A stretch of 63,970 nucleotides of DNA, the filler included, from Klebsormidium nitens (Eukaryota > Plantae > Klebsormidiophyceae): the NCBI GenBank assembly GCA_000708835.1. It is 5 parts of 5 records of this genome, joined end to end, with 100 filler letters (N's around TTAATTAATTAA, not from the genome) between each part and the next. Parts side by side here need not be neighbours in the genome. Positions count along the whole stretch, not along the records: positions 32,907 to 45,482 come from DF238014.1; positions 45,583 to 59,061 come from DF238066.1; 3 more parts are not named here. The stretch is one strand, 5' to 3'. Below are positions 37,431 through 47,145 of the stretch, piece after piece. Position 1 is the first letter of the stretch. Each line of letters begins with the position of its first letter. The translations under genes and the position numbers were made by a program. A model generated the notes under the pieces. It saw nothing but the letters and a program-made list of their open reading frames with translations, searched no databases and was not told where the DNA came from.

Positions 37431-38246
37431 TCACATTCGATCTGGATTGAAGCGCTTTCCATTGTACTGAATCTTACTCAAGAACATTGACCAGTTGCTA
37501 GCGGTCATAGCCGTCTGCGGCTGGGTGACAGAAGTCAAGAAGTAATCTCGAGGTATCAATCGAAGGGTTCGATGGAGATACTTGCTCAGCATCTTGGTTA
37601 GAGGGACTCGATCTCCGTCTTCAAAGACGAGTTTGTAATCTCCCTTGCGTTGTGAGGTCTGCAGCAAATAAATCGCACCCTCAATCTGTTGGCCCTTCCT
37701 CAGGAGTGGAAGCTCGTGCAATTTTACCCGACGACGATGCTCCTTACTCACAAGCATATGCCATTCGAGGACGAGATGCCACATGCAGATCTTTACCTCC
37801 TTATGAGTGAGATCTCGATCCATGTCTTCGAGACTCAACTGTCTGACCTTGCGTGCGAGCTTCTTTCCAAATGTTTCGACCTCTTCAATGGTCATCTCTG
37901 ATGCGGTGTCCGAGGCCTTTGTCTCAATCTTTCGTTGAGCGGTCTCCTTCAGAGCCTTGTTTTCCTTCCGGAACGGCTCATAGTAGGTCTGATAAGCCTC
38001 CGCATAGCCGAGTTTGCGACAAATAGCAAGAAAAGGGGCTAAGCGAGTACGCCTAGATCCAGGTTTATCATAGCGCTCTAGAACAGCTGCAACGATCTTC
38101 TGAGCCTTGTTCTTGATCCACGATGGATCCTCGGGCATTTTATCCTCAAAGACCATGTTCCATAGAAGCTGAATCCCCTTGAGATACTGCTCTGTGGAAC
38201 TCTCGGTCCTAATCCCATCAGCTAAGACCTTCCGTAGAGCATCCAT
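37431..38246 (-). CDS. Second tyrosine-recombinase-like paralog lacking the C-terminal catalytic motifs
   Basis: The N-terminus parallels the first copy (STEQYLKGIQLL vs STVSVYIRQLKTV; LRLIPRDY vs FNLIPRKH). The ORF stops at NPDRM*, where LRH..GHS..Y would follow. ATG at 38246 has an AT-rich leader. Confidence 0.6.
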   Translation of the reverse strand: MDALRKVLADGIRTESSTEQYLKGIQLLWNMVFEDKMPEDPSWIKNKAQKIVAAVLERYDKPGSRRTRLAPFLAICRKLGYAEAYQTYYEPFRKENKALKETAQRKIETKASDTASEMTIEEVETFGKKLARKVRQLSLEDMDRDLTHKEVKICMWHLVLEWHMLVSKEHRRRVKLHELPLLRKGQQIEGAIYLLQTSQRKGDYKLVFEDGDRVPLTKMLSKYLHRTLRLIPRDYFLTSVTQPQTAMTASNWSMFLSKIQYNGKRFNPDRM

Positions 38247-38613
38247 AATTATCACTCGTCTACGATGACGCAAGAAAATAATTTTATAATGTCTTCCATC
38301 TCGCAACAAGTTATTTCAAAAAGGTCTGTCACAATAAAATGACATCGAAAGCTCTCCTAAACGATTATTTTCTTGAAACTGCGTGCGGGGGGCAGAAAAT
38401 TGTTGAGAAATCTCGAGATTTCTCAGGAGAATAACTAGTTATTTAAAACGGACTTGCCACTTTCTCATTGTCTCTCCGCGTTCGTTTCATACCATATGCA
38501 CTGTATATTATTGCTCGTAGCAAACATTGTTAAATTTGCACAGTACGAGATGCATTAGGTGGCAGGATTATTTTCTAAAAACCTATCATTAGAAGTGCAC
38601 CAGGCCATCCGAT

Positions 38614-39117
38614 ATGGAATCCACGAAACGAAGCTTTCGGGTGATTGCTGCCTACGATGCGAAGGGGAATGATGCCCTTGCTCTGTTGAAGGATACGCGA
38701 CTCGAAATCGACGCGAAGAAGGGGCGCGTCTGTCAAGCAGGAGCCCGCGCAGGGTCCCAACTCTTTCGGACGCAAAAATGTCAAGGGAAAAAGGTTTCTC
38801 TTCCACAGCGGGTAGTTGTTCTCATACAGGAGACCACACGAGGTTCATTGAATAAAAAGTTTGGATACTCGGTCGAGATCGGTCCAGTTAAGAAAAGTAA
38901 TCGCCCGACAGGTTTGCCATTTGAGGGCACCTTTCAGAGCATAGCTACAAAGGTGGAGATCGAAGACATTGAGAGTATGAGTTCTTCGAAGAAGGTTTCA
39001 AGGGCAAAAATGACTAGCAAGACCACCACAAAGAAAATCGTTGGAAAGAAGGTGGCTCCAAGGAAGAGAGCAGAATCTGTCGATTCCAATTCTGGTTCAC
39101 AGTCAGAATCGAACTAA
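38614..39117 (+). CDS. MC1-like non-histone DNA-bending/packaging protein (nucleocytovirus type) with Lys-rich tail
   Basis: KRSFRV ... A.RAGSQLFR ... LIQETTRGSLNKKFGY matches the KRSF / AAxKA / ETTxGSxKKxYxY pattern of viral MC1 homologs. Basic C-tail; AT-rich upstream region. Confidence 0.72.
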   Translation: MESTKRSFRVIAAYDAKGNDALALLKDTRLEIDAKKGRVCQAGARAGSQLFRTQKCQGKKVSLPQRVVVLIQETTRGSLNKKFGYSVEIGPVKKSNRPTGLPFEGTFQSIATKVEIEDIESMSSSKKVSRAKMTSKTTTKKIVGKKVAPRKRAESVDSNSGSQSESN

Positions 39118-39178
39118 TTGCAGAGGCTCGAGGTGAGTTGCATGTGCTTGTATGAGGGGTCTGAATGACAATTGAAAC

Positions 39179-39558
39179 TGATGACGTCGGCGATGAACGA
39201 CCACGAAAACTTTGTGCCGGACCTTGGACACTTTGGACACGGTGAGAGGCCCAAGCTCTGATGACGTCAGCAAAGGACGACTACGAAAACTTTGTGCCAG
39301 ACCTTGGATACTTGAACACGGTGAGAGGCCCAAGCTCTGATGACGTCAGCGAAGGACGACCACGGAAACTTTGTGCCAGACCTTGAACACTTGAACACGG
39401 TGAGAGGCCCAAGCTCTGATGACGTCAGCAAAGGACGACCACGAAAACTTTGAGCCAGACCTTGAACACTTGGACACGGTGAGAGGCCCAAGCTCTTATG
39501 ACGTCAGCAAAAGACGACCACGTCAATTGTTTGCCGGACCTTGGACACTTGGACACGA
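39179..39558 (+). repeat. Tandem array A: ~4.8 x 79-80 bp, each with TGACGTCA and a TTGGACAC-type direct pair
   Basis: Units start at 39181, 39261, 39340, 39419 and 39498; perfect TGACGTCA at 39262, 39341, 39420 and 39499. Confidence 0.95.
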
Positions 39559-39736
39559 TGTGAATCGAGACGGCTTTAGAAGTCGAAGCACATATCCACC
39601 TTGATCAAGATTTACAACGGCATTCATCTATTTGAAGGCGCCCTCTTTGTTCGATTTAAGAACGTTGCTGCTGCTGAGTTGATTTAGGGCTCGTCGAGCA
39701 CCCCCTCTACGATCATCTTCGGTCTGAAAGTTTATC

Positions 39737-41118
39737 ATGTCCGCCGTTAGTCCACCAAATGTTGCCGCAGCATCAACGACCACGACTTCGTCACTGCTTT
39801 GGAAGCGGGACGGAGGACACTTCATTTGCCTCGATCGGCACTGTGAAGATGGATCCGAGATTTGCTGCAAGAGCTTCATGTCGAAGCAAGCTTTGGAAGG
39901 TCATCGAAAGAGAATGGGATGCGAGCCTTACAAGCTTCCGAGCGATCGTGCGCCCTCGAAATATTGCGGCTTGGAGTCCGAAGCTTTTCGTCAGCTGAAG
40001 CGCCAGAGCAACACCGCTGCGGTTTCGAAGTATCGACACACTCTTGATGGAGAACGTGCTGTCTTTAGAACACGGCATATGGCGAGGTACCGCATCATGG
40101 CTCGCAACGCGATCCCCGCTCCACCCATGCCAAAGGCACCGGCGTACGTGCAACCGCCCCTGTCGTGGCTCATCGCGGATGCCGAGCTTCTTCCAAGCAA
40201 AGCTCGGGAGATGTTCGATCGCGGCGAGATTGTATTACACCACAAGACTTGGTCACTGCACTTCCACCCTGACAAGGTTGAGGTACGTAGCGCAAGCCAT
40301 ACCTAGCAACGGAGGGTGATTCTAGCATCAAGTCAGCCGATTTTTGCATGGGCACCAACAGTGTTCCTCTTTGGACAGACACTCGTGTACATTTTTTGTG
40401 ATTGATGTACATCACTCAATATTTTGGACAGATTGGACAGAGATTCGTGTACATGTTTGATGAATGATGTACATCACTCGATATTTTGGACAGATATTCG
40501 TGTACATTTTTAGTAATTGATGTACATCGCTCAAAATTCTAAACAACTGGAAAACGATCTATGTACATCAATTCTCAATGAATGGAGCAGCGATTGTGCA
40601 CCGCAGGGGGCAAGTAAAAGCCAGCAATGTTCCATTCACCGACGGCGTGCACACGATCACCAATATGCGTGCATCTGTCAAGTCGAGGCGGCACTGTATC
40701 TCGCATTCCGGCCGCAGCATCATCACATTCTTTTCTTCTCCAGGAGGCGAGAGCAAAGACCCTCCAACAATTCGTCGAGCATTTTGCGAGCTCCACGATT
40801 GGCGGCTTGAATCGAGACGAGGCAATGGCTCGCTATGCTACGGAGCTCTTTGGTCCTTTGCACGACAGACGATTTAAAGCCGGCTTCATCGCCCAAAAGT
40901 CTGGCGGCATGCCGTGGATGGCATGGATGAACGAAGAATGCGCACTCATCGATGAGCACCGCAAATATCTTCAGGAGTTTGGAAGATATAAGAGGGAATC
41001 AGAGCGCGCGCATCGAGAGCTAGAAGAATCTCGGAGGAGATGGATCGAGGAGAATCTTGAGCGTAGATTTAAGACCTCCAAGGCGTACAAGCGATACGTA
41101 GCGCAGGATACAAACTAG
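39737..41118 (+). CDS. Predicted two-exon protein (39737-40282 + 40744-41118): C2H2-like Zn finger, bZIP-basic-like segment, HPD (J-domain-like) motif, charged helical tail
   Basis: Donor GAG|GTACGT at 40283 and acceptor TTTTCTTCTCCAG| at 40743 are both phase 0, joining FHPDKVE to EARAKTLQQF. Motifs: CCKSFMSKQALEGH and LKRQSNTAAVSKYR. Confidence 0.6.
40371..40570. repeat. AT-rich ~55-bp tandem repeat (x3) with TGTACA / GATGTACATC palindromes and TTGGACAGA, inside the predicted intron
   Basis: Recurrent TTGGACAGA.A.TCGTGTACAT....TGATGTACATC.CTC units. Confidence 0.85.
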
Positions 41119-41260
41119 AGACGCTCGAGCCACTGCGAACATAACATTGCGACCGTGGCTACATGCATTGATACCGCCCATTCATCGATCGTGCATCAAA
41201 GCGTGTGCTTGTAAGCAATCATTTCTGTTGCATGTGCCGGTGCCCGATTGAATGCAGAAA

Positions 41261-41560
41261 TTGTCCAAGTGTCCAAGCTCCGGCACAAACTTTTCGCGTT
41301 CGCTCATCGCTGACGTCATCGGAGAGCGGGCCTGTCCCGGCTCACAACTGTCCAAGTGTCCAAGCTCCTCATCGCTCACGTCATCGTAGCGCGGACCTGT
41401 CTCGGCTCACAACTGTCCAAGTGTCCAAGCTCCGGCGCAAACTTTTCATGGTCGTCAGTCGCTGACGTCATCGGAGCGCGGGCCTGTCCCGGCTCACAAC
41501 TGTCCAAGTGTCCAAGCTCTGGCGCAAACTTTTCATGGGCGTCAGTCGCTGACGTCATCC
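41261..41560 (-). repeat. Tandem array B: 87-bp units, inverted relative of array A
   Basis: TGACGTCA at 41311, 41463 and 41550 (variant at 41376; one unit is 22 bp short). The reverse complement aligns to array A (GATGACGTCAGC..GACCA.GAAAA.TTTG.GCCGGA.CTTGGACACTTGGACA). Confidence 0.95.
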
Positions 41561-41864
41561 ATCAAGCCAAGCAGACACTATCCATCAAGCCAAGCAGACA
41601 CTTTCAATCGACACATTTGTTGATAACATCATCATGGCAATGGTTGAATGATGGGATCGTGGTTGTTGAGCCTCGATGATACAAGTATCGTCATTATGCA
41701 TTGAATCAATTCACTAAGTACCAATCACAACTTTACGCGGAGAACGTACAAATGGAGCATGTCCTAGTGTAACAAGAGAATACGAAGCTCGTCCAATGTC
41801 CGGCTTGCATCTCTAGCCACTTTGTCTTTACCATCTTTCTTGAACTCACAAGCAACAAATCGTA

Positions 41865-44800
41865 TCAAGTAGTGTAAGAGCACCTAATCCTTGGATAGTA
41901 GAACTGCCGTGGCGAATCATTGTTCTTGGCCCTCTTGAATCCCTTCGTAGCCATCCTCCTCATCAACTCCTCATTCGAGATCCTCTCGGAGGAATACTGC
42001 CTAAAGCAGGCTGCGAACTCGGCCTGGAGTGTCGACAATCCCTCTCCGACCTCGCAGTGTTGGTCGATGAACAGCTGGAGTTTGTCCGCCTCGCGCAGGT
42101 ACTCGTCCGTTGCATCCTTCACGGCCTTGGGGGGAGAACCAAGACCCTCTGCACTGGCGTACCACTCCACCGAGCCGCGCGCTAACCAAGTAAGGATCTG
42201 CCGACGCGACTCCTCTTCCTTCATGCGTGCCTTCAAGTGGTCGTCTCTGAGGCGGTGGGTTGCGTTCGTGGGGTCCAAAGCGTTTTCTCTAACGTAGGTG
42301 TTGGGGAACGGGATCGCTCGCAGTCGGCGCTCGACGTTGTCCAAGATCGCTGTCGCGGAGATCACAGGAGGGTAGTTTGTCTGCACGAACGGTGTGTGCG
42401 TGACAACAAACTCGACGTTGTTGATGTGAAGGCACCGCGCTTTGATTGAGCCGCCCCCCGTCACCGCCAAGACGAGACCGAGGTCCACCTGCTCCCCCTC
42501 CGCCGTCTCGTCGGTGATTGCAAGCCGCTTGCCCATCAACTCGTATAGGTAGTTTGTAGGCGCGTTCTTAGAGGGGGCCCTCTGGCCAGGTGCTGTAACG
42601 ACCGCGTCCTTGGACATGGTGCCGTAGTAATCACCGGCCACAGCTTGCAGCATCTCCTTCAGGGCACCCTTTCCATTTCCTGCAGAAGGATCAATGCACA
42701 AGATCAGGTTCAGGAATCGGCAATAAGAAAGTATCGGATCGGCCCCACCGAGAAGCACCCGCGGTTCGTCCATGTAAGTTGATGCTCAAGACCAGCTTGT
42801 AGAATCCTGTCAATTGATAGGCCAATATGCAGGAGCAGTGGTTGATCGACTTCTTTCCCACATCGCTAGATCCGACGCCCACGGCGCTGGAGAAGCACGT
42901 ACCTCAATGTAAGATCGGAGGCATCCAGAACTCCCTGGATTTTTACTTGCACAGTTCCACTCGATCTTGGATCCGAGACCAAAAAGATAGTGATTTTACC
43001 TCCCTTTCCGAGCAAGAGCACGAAGACCTCCTCCCGCGTATGGCCGTTGAGGGCGTAGCCGAACAGCTTCCGTATGTAGTCGACCAGCTCGGCGTCGTGG
43101 TTGAAGATGTCGCCTATGAAGGCGTCCATGCGCGGAGTGGGGTACTCCATCCCCTGCAAGAAGTGATTGGCACACTTGATGGATGGAACGAGTGTGCCTC
43201 TCTCCTTGCCTCTCTGAGCGGAAGAGAAATGGCATCAGAGCACGTCTTCAAGCATCTCACAGTATGCACACTAGTGCCAAGACGGAAACACATGACTCAG
43301 AAGCTTTCAGAATCTTCATTGGCAAAGCCTGCGTGCAACTGGCAATGCTCGGATTCTTGTAAACAGACAGAAAGCATCTTCCATAAACGGTCCGCCAGCT
43401 CTCGCTACGTGTTAGCTAGTCAAAGAAGCAAGTTGGTTGGGTTTCTTTGAATCAGCATGGGAAGCTTACCATGAAGTCCGTCTCCGCGATCTTGGAGCAG
43501 AAGTACTGGGGCCGGTGCACATCGAGCTCGCCGGTCCTCAGAAGGAGCACTCCATTTTTCACGTTCAAGATGTCCGGGTCTGCATCCAGCTGCTGAGCAA
43601 AGTCGAGATCGACCAACTCCCCACGGAGGAGGTCCATCGTACTGGTCATCTCTCGGCTGTTGTTGTAGTTGCGCAGGCGCTTAAGCTGCTCCATCAACGC
43701 CTCTTGCTCCTTCTCGTTGGTGTTTCTCTCGATAGATGCCTTCCACTCGTCCCTCACTCGCCTGTACACTATCCTGAGCTGATTGATTAGCACGTTCTTC
43801 ACATAGAAGCCGCTCTTCTCGTCACGCACGAAGCGCCTCCCATTCCAATACCACCAGCTTTCTCCATCAAACCGCAGCCTGCAGAAGAGCAATTATGCGA
43901 TTTGCCCTTCTAATAAAGTCGGATCTTGATTCACACGAGTCTCGACCAGCGTTCGTAAAAAGATCTATCCTTTTTGCGTTGCCAGTTCCGTGTCCAGACA
44001 GTTCAGATTGGCGGTCGAAAGTGTTTCCAACACAGCCTCAGAGCACGATGATGACGTCAGCATTTGGTGGCCGCGAAAACTTTGCAATGAACCTTGGACA
44101 CCCGGACAACTTGACACTGGCCCAAAATCTGATGACGTCATCAATCGATGGTCGCGAAAAAGTTGGTGGTAGACCTTGGACACTTGGACACACGCTCAGA
44201 CGGGAAGCCTATATATGTATCCAAGCAACCCTGAAGATTGCCGCAGAATCTCCGAGCAACTCTGAAGATTGCTAGAATCTATCTGATAGCACCTAGACAA
44301 AGACGCTAATAGGAGTGTTAAATCTGATGACGTCAGGAGCTTCCACCCTTTGCTGAGCAGTTCTCGCAACCCTAAGCTTTATTGTAGAGGCGTCCAAGCC
44401 GCCTCTTGGCTAAATGTAGATGCAGGCTTCGAACAAGCAGCCAAAGATCCACTTTACCGCTATGAGAGCACTCTCAGAGAATCCGTTCCAAGGCTCCCGT
44501 ATGCTGTCCAAGAATTTGACAAGAGCCGTCAACGATCTGAAAGATGCTCTAGAGGTCTTGCTGCAGTGACTTCTTGTGTATTTCGTAGAATTCTTACCTG
44601 CCGCAGCTTGCGTACATTTCAGCGACAATCTTGCTGCCGCCCACGTCTCCCTCGAAGGCCCAGGCATCCACGAACCTCTTGTGCAAGACGTTGATGGCGC
44701 TAACGTCATCGGCGCTGAAAGCCTGAGTCTCGCCTCCAGTCACCGCCTCCGAGCGCGTGAGCTCCCCGATCTTGAGCAGGGGCCGGACCCCCTGGCACTC

Positions 44801-45077
44801 CGAGCTGTTGCAGCAATAGAGCAAGTCCCTCTTGCGCACGAGCACGCTGAAGTTGTTATGGCCGCCGTGGTGGTTGCCGTACGGGCAGCGACGCGGGCCG
44901 GCCACCCGGAAGACGTAGATTGGCCCGCTGTCGCCCATCTTGAGGCGATCGAAGCGGGAGGCGGTGTCGCCCGTGGCAGCTACGCAGGCCTTGACGCGCT
45001 CCAAGATCGTTGCTGGGGGAGTCGGCTGGGGGCCTTCGACCGGACGAGGAGGTCCGAAAGGTACAGCCTGCGAGCCC
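41865..45077 (-). CDS. Second Zn finger + D5/SF3 helicase gene with spliceosomal introns; 5' part unresolved or in the gap
   Basis: Exons 44598-45077, 43470-43878, 43000-43153 and 41865-42679, with in-frame GT-AG junctions. Walker A is split by an intron (LLGKG-G|GNGKG); Walker B ITDE; FVQTN motif C; LNVKNGV D5_N-like motif. Confidence 0.88.
44041..44340 (+). repeat. Array C: ~2 diverged copies of the array A unit plus a solitary CRE, in the 719-bp intron of helicase 2
   Basis: TGACGTCA at 44052, 44133 and 44328; CCTTGGACACTTGGACAC at ~44175. Confidence 0.85.
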
Positions 45078-45482
45078 CTGCATGGAAGAACAAGAAAAGA
45101 TTTCGATTTCAGAGCCAGACGATATACGGATGTAATCGTGTTTACAAGAACAGACTGCATGAGCAGAAGCATGCCCTAGAACTGTTGAATAAAGCCCAAA
45201 ATGTCCAGAGCAGGCCGAGGGCTGAAGCAATTAGTATCAGCCCAGAAGCTCGTTACGTACTGAGATAGACCTGCTGGCATACATGGACAGGTGGCCAGAA
45301 AAGCAGATTCTCGCCCGCTGACGTCAATTTTCTTGGAGCGAGATTCAGACTTTTTCGGGCTAAAGTTTAGCCAGCTGAGACATGCATGATCCATCCCACA
45401 GCTTGAGCGAGCCATACAACGCCCGCAATCAGTTCTGAACTCTTTCTATGAAAGTCTTCTCATCTCAAAGAGACAACATATG

Positions 45483-45582
45483 NNNNNNNNNNNNNNNNNN
45501 NNNNNNNNNNNNNNNNNNNNNNNNNNTTAATTAATTAANNNNNNNNNNNNNNNNNNNNNNNNNNNNNNNNNNNNNNNNNNNN
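45483..45582. other. Artificial 100-bp assembly join
   Basis: N44-TTAATTAATTAA-N44. Confidence 0.95.
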
Positions 45583-45639
45583 GAAAGACACGCGACTTTC
45601 ATTTGCGAAACTCGAAAGTTTGCGAGTTTTTTGGTAGAA

Positions 45640-45865
45640 AACACTAAAACCCTAACACCCTAAAACGATGACGTCATCGATTTCAAAGTTGAAAACCTTA
45701 AAAACCCTAACTTCCAATTTTCCTTTTTTTTTGCAGATCCTGAAAGCGCATTATCAGTGTGACCCAAATGTATCGCATCACTTCAAAACCCTCTCTTTTC
45801 CCCGTAAAACGCAGAGTTGACGTCATAACCGAAAATCTTGGAAACCCCAAAACCCTAACATGCAA
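45640..45865 (+). repeat. Degenerate C-strand telomere-like motifs (AAAACCCTAA/CCCTAAAA) interspersed with CRE palindromes
   Basis: CTAAAACCCTAACACCCTAAAACGATGACGTCATCG, AAAAACCCTAAC and CAAAACCCTAAC; 14-bp palindrome CGATGACGTCATCG at 45666-45679. Confidence 0.55.
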
Positions 45866-47145
45866 ATTCCGTGATTTTTGCGGATTCTGAAAGCGCACGT
45901 ACATGAAGAATGCGACCCCATCGTTGATATAGATCGATCCAGGATATGTCACTCGAGCATAATGACGCCTAGTTGCTTGGCGCTGGGTCCGCGTGGCGAT
46001 CGGACTTGATAAACTTCGCACGATAAAAACGGCTAGGCAAAATTTCAATTTACGGATCAAGATCATAATATAGTGTAACGACCTTGCATCATACAGCTAT
46101 ATTTATACCAGGTATGTATTTACCGCACGCATTTTTTTTTTTAAATTGTAGGTATAGCAAGATTCTTAAAGATCTGGGCCCGCGGGGCTTATAATTGCAG
46201 CCTAGGTTAAGGAATTCAATGATTAGCTGCTTAATTGTGCACATGATCGAGGGCCGCCGGGGATCCTCGATCTATGCATGCAAAGAGGATCCGGGGGACC
46301 GCGTCAAAAATATATGTACGTACTATAGCAATTTCGATATATTCAAGACGGTTAAGCCCGACCCATGACATGCAGCTGATAAGCTTGGCAGCAGGTCCTC
46401 GGCTGCACGCTGTTCGGCCACGCTGACGGGCAAATTGTTGGGCGGCAAGCACTGATCGATCGTCTGCATGGTCACGTGTCCAAGCCTGACTCAAGCCCCG
46501 GGGGTATGATATGATTGGCTAAGTAATATTACCTTTCATGAATTTTGGTCATGGCACTAACCATGGGCCGGTGGTTATACTGAGTACCAGATCAATGGGC
46601 TCATCTTGGCTTTTTGACTTGAGCAATCTACGACATGGGTATATCCAACTTCGGCCGCATGATCATTCAGGTCCCTGAACAGGAATTACTGAAACTCGGG
46701 AACTAGAAGGTAAACAAAAAAGTCATTGTCTTCCCCCGGTTTGCGTGACGGCAGGCCCGGTCGGAGCTCAACAAGTCGTTTATACAATGCCAACATCATT
46801 AGCAAACCGCTTTAAGGGACTCGACCGCTACATCATGTGTGGTCATGATCACAATTTATGGTGTACACCTGGACTGAGAGTTGTCAACGTCGGAAGTAGT
46901 TGCAAAGAAGAAAACCAATCAGAAATTTAACAACCGCATGGGACATCAGCAGGTAACCGTTTGCCGGCGCAAAGGACTCGGACATCACAAATCGCTTCTG
47001 TGTTTGCATCTTCTTCCTGGGCTTCGTCATCCAAAAATGTTGTCGAAGCAAACAGTGGACCGGCATTGCACAACCATCCTGCTAAAGAAATTAGATTTCT
47101 AGCGACCTACTTCTAGCGCATGACGCTACCCCACGTTCATTCGAA

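Larger units (their letters stand above)
32907..45482. mobile_element. Virus-like / self-replicating mobile element: primase-helicases, tyrosine recombinases, MC1, repeat arrays; both ends in gaps
   Basis: The whole contig consists of D5/SF3 primase-helicase x2, tyrosine recombinase x2, MC1-like protein, ZnF/HPD protein and CRE-containing repeats. No host housekeeping gene and no capsid or packaging ATPase visible. Confidence 0.75.

Noticed and set aside
39179-41560. Arrays A/B as coding repeats (e.g. ORF MTSATDDHEKFAPELGHLD)
   Set aside because: The array A unit (79 bp) is not a multiple of 3, array B has a 22-bp-short unit, and array C is intronic; the open frames are a by-product.
32907-45482. 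Classification as a Polinton/Maverick or complete PLV/virophage
   Set aside because: No pPolB, retroviral integrase, major capsid protein or A32 ATPase in the contig, and no TIRs visible. The penton at 3.4 kb is on a different contig.
46245-46272. Small hairpin GATCGAGG-N12-CCTCGATC, and similar 7-8-bp stems at ~12820 and ~18915
   Set aside because: Short isolated stems are expected by chance in 64 kb; no associated feature.
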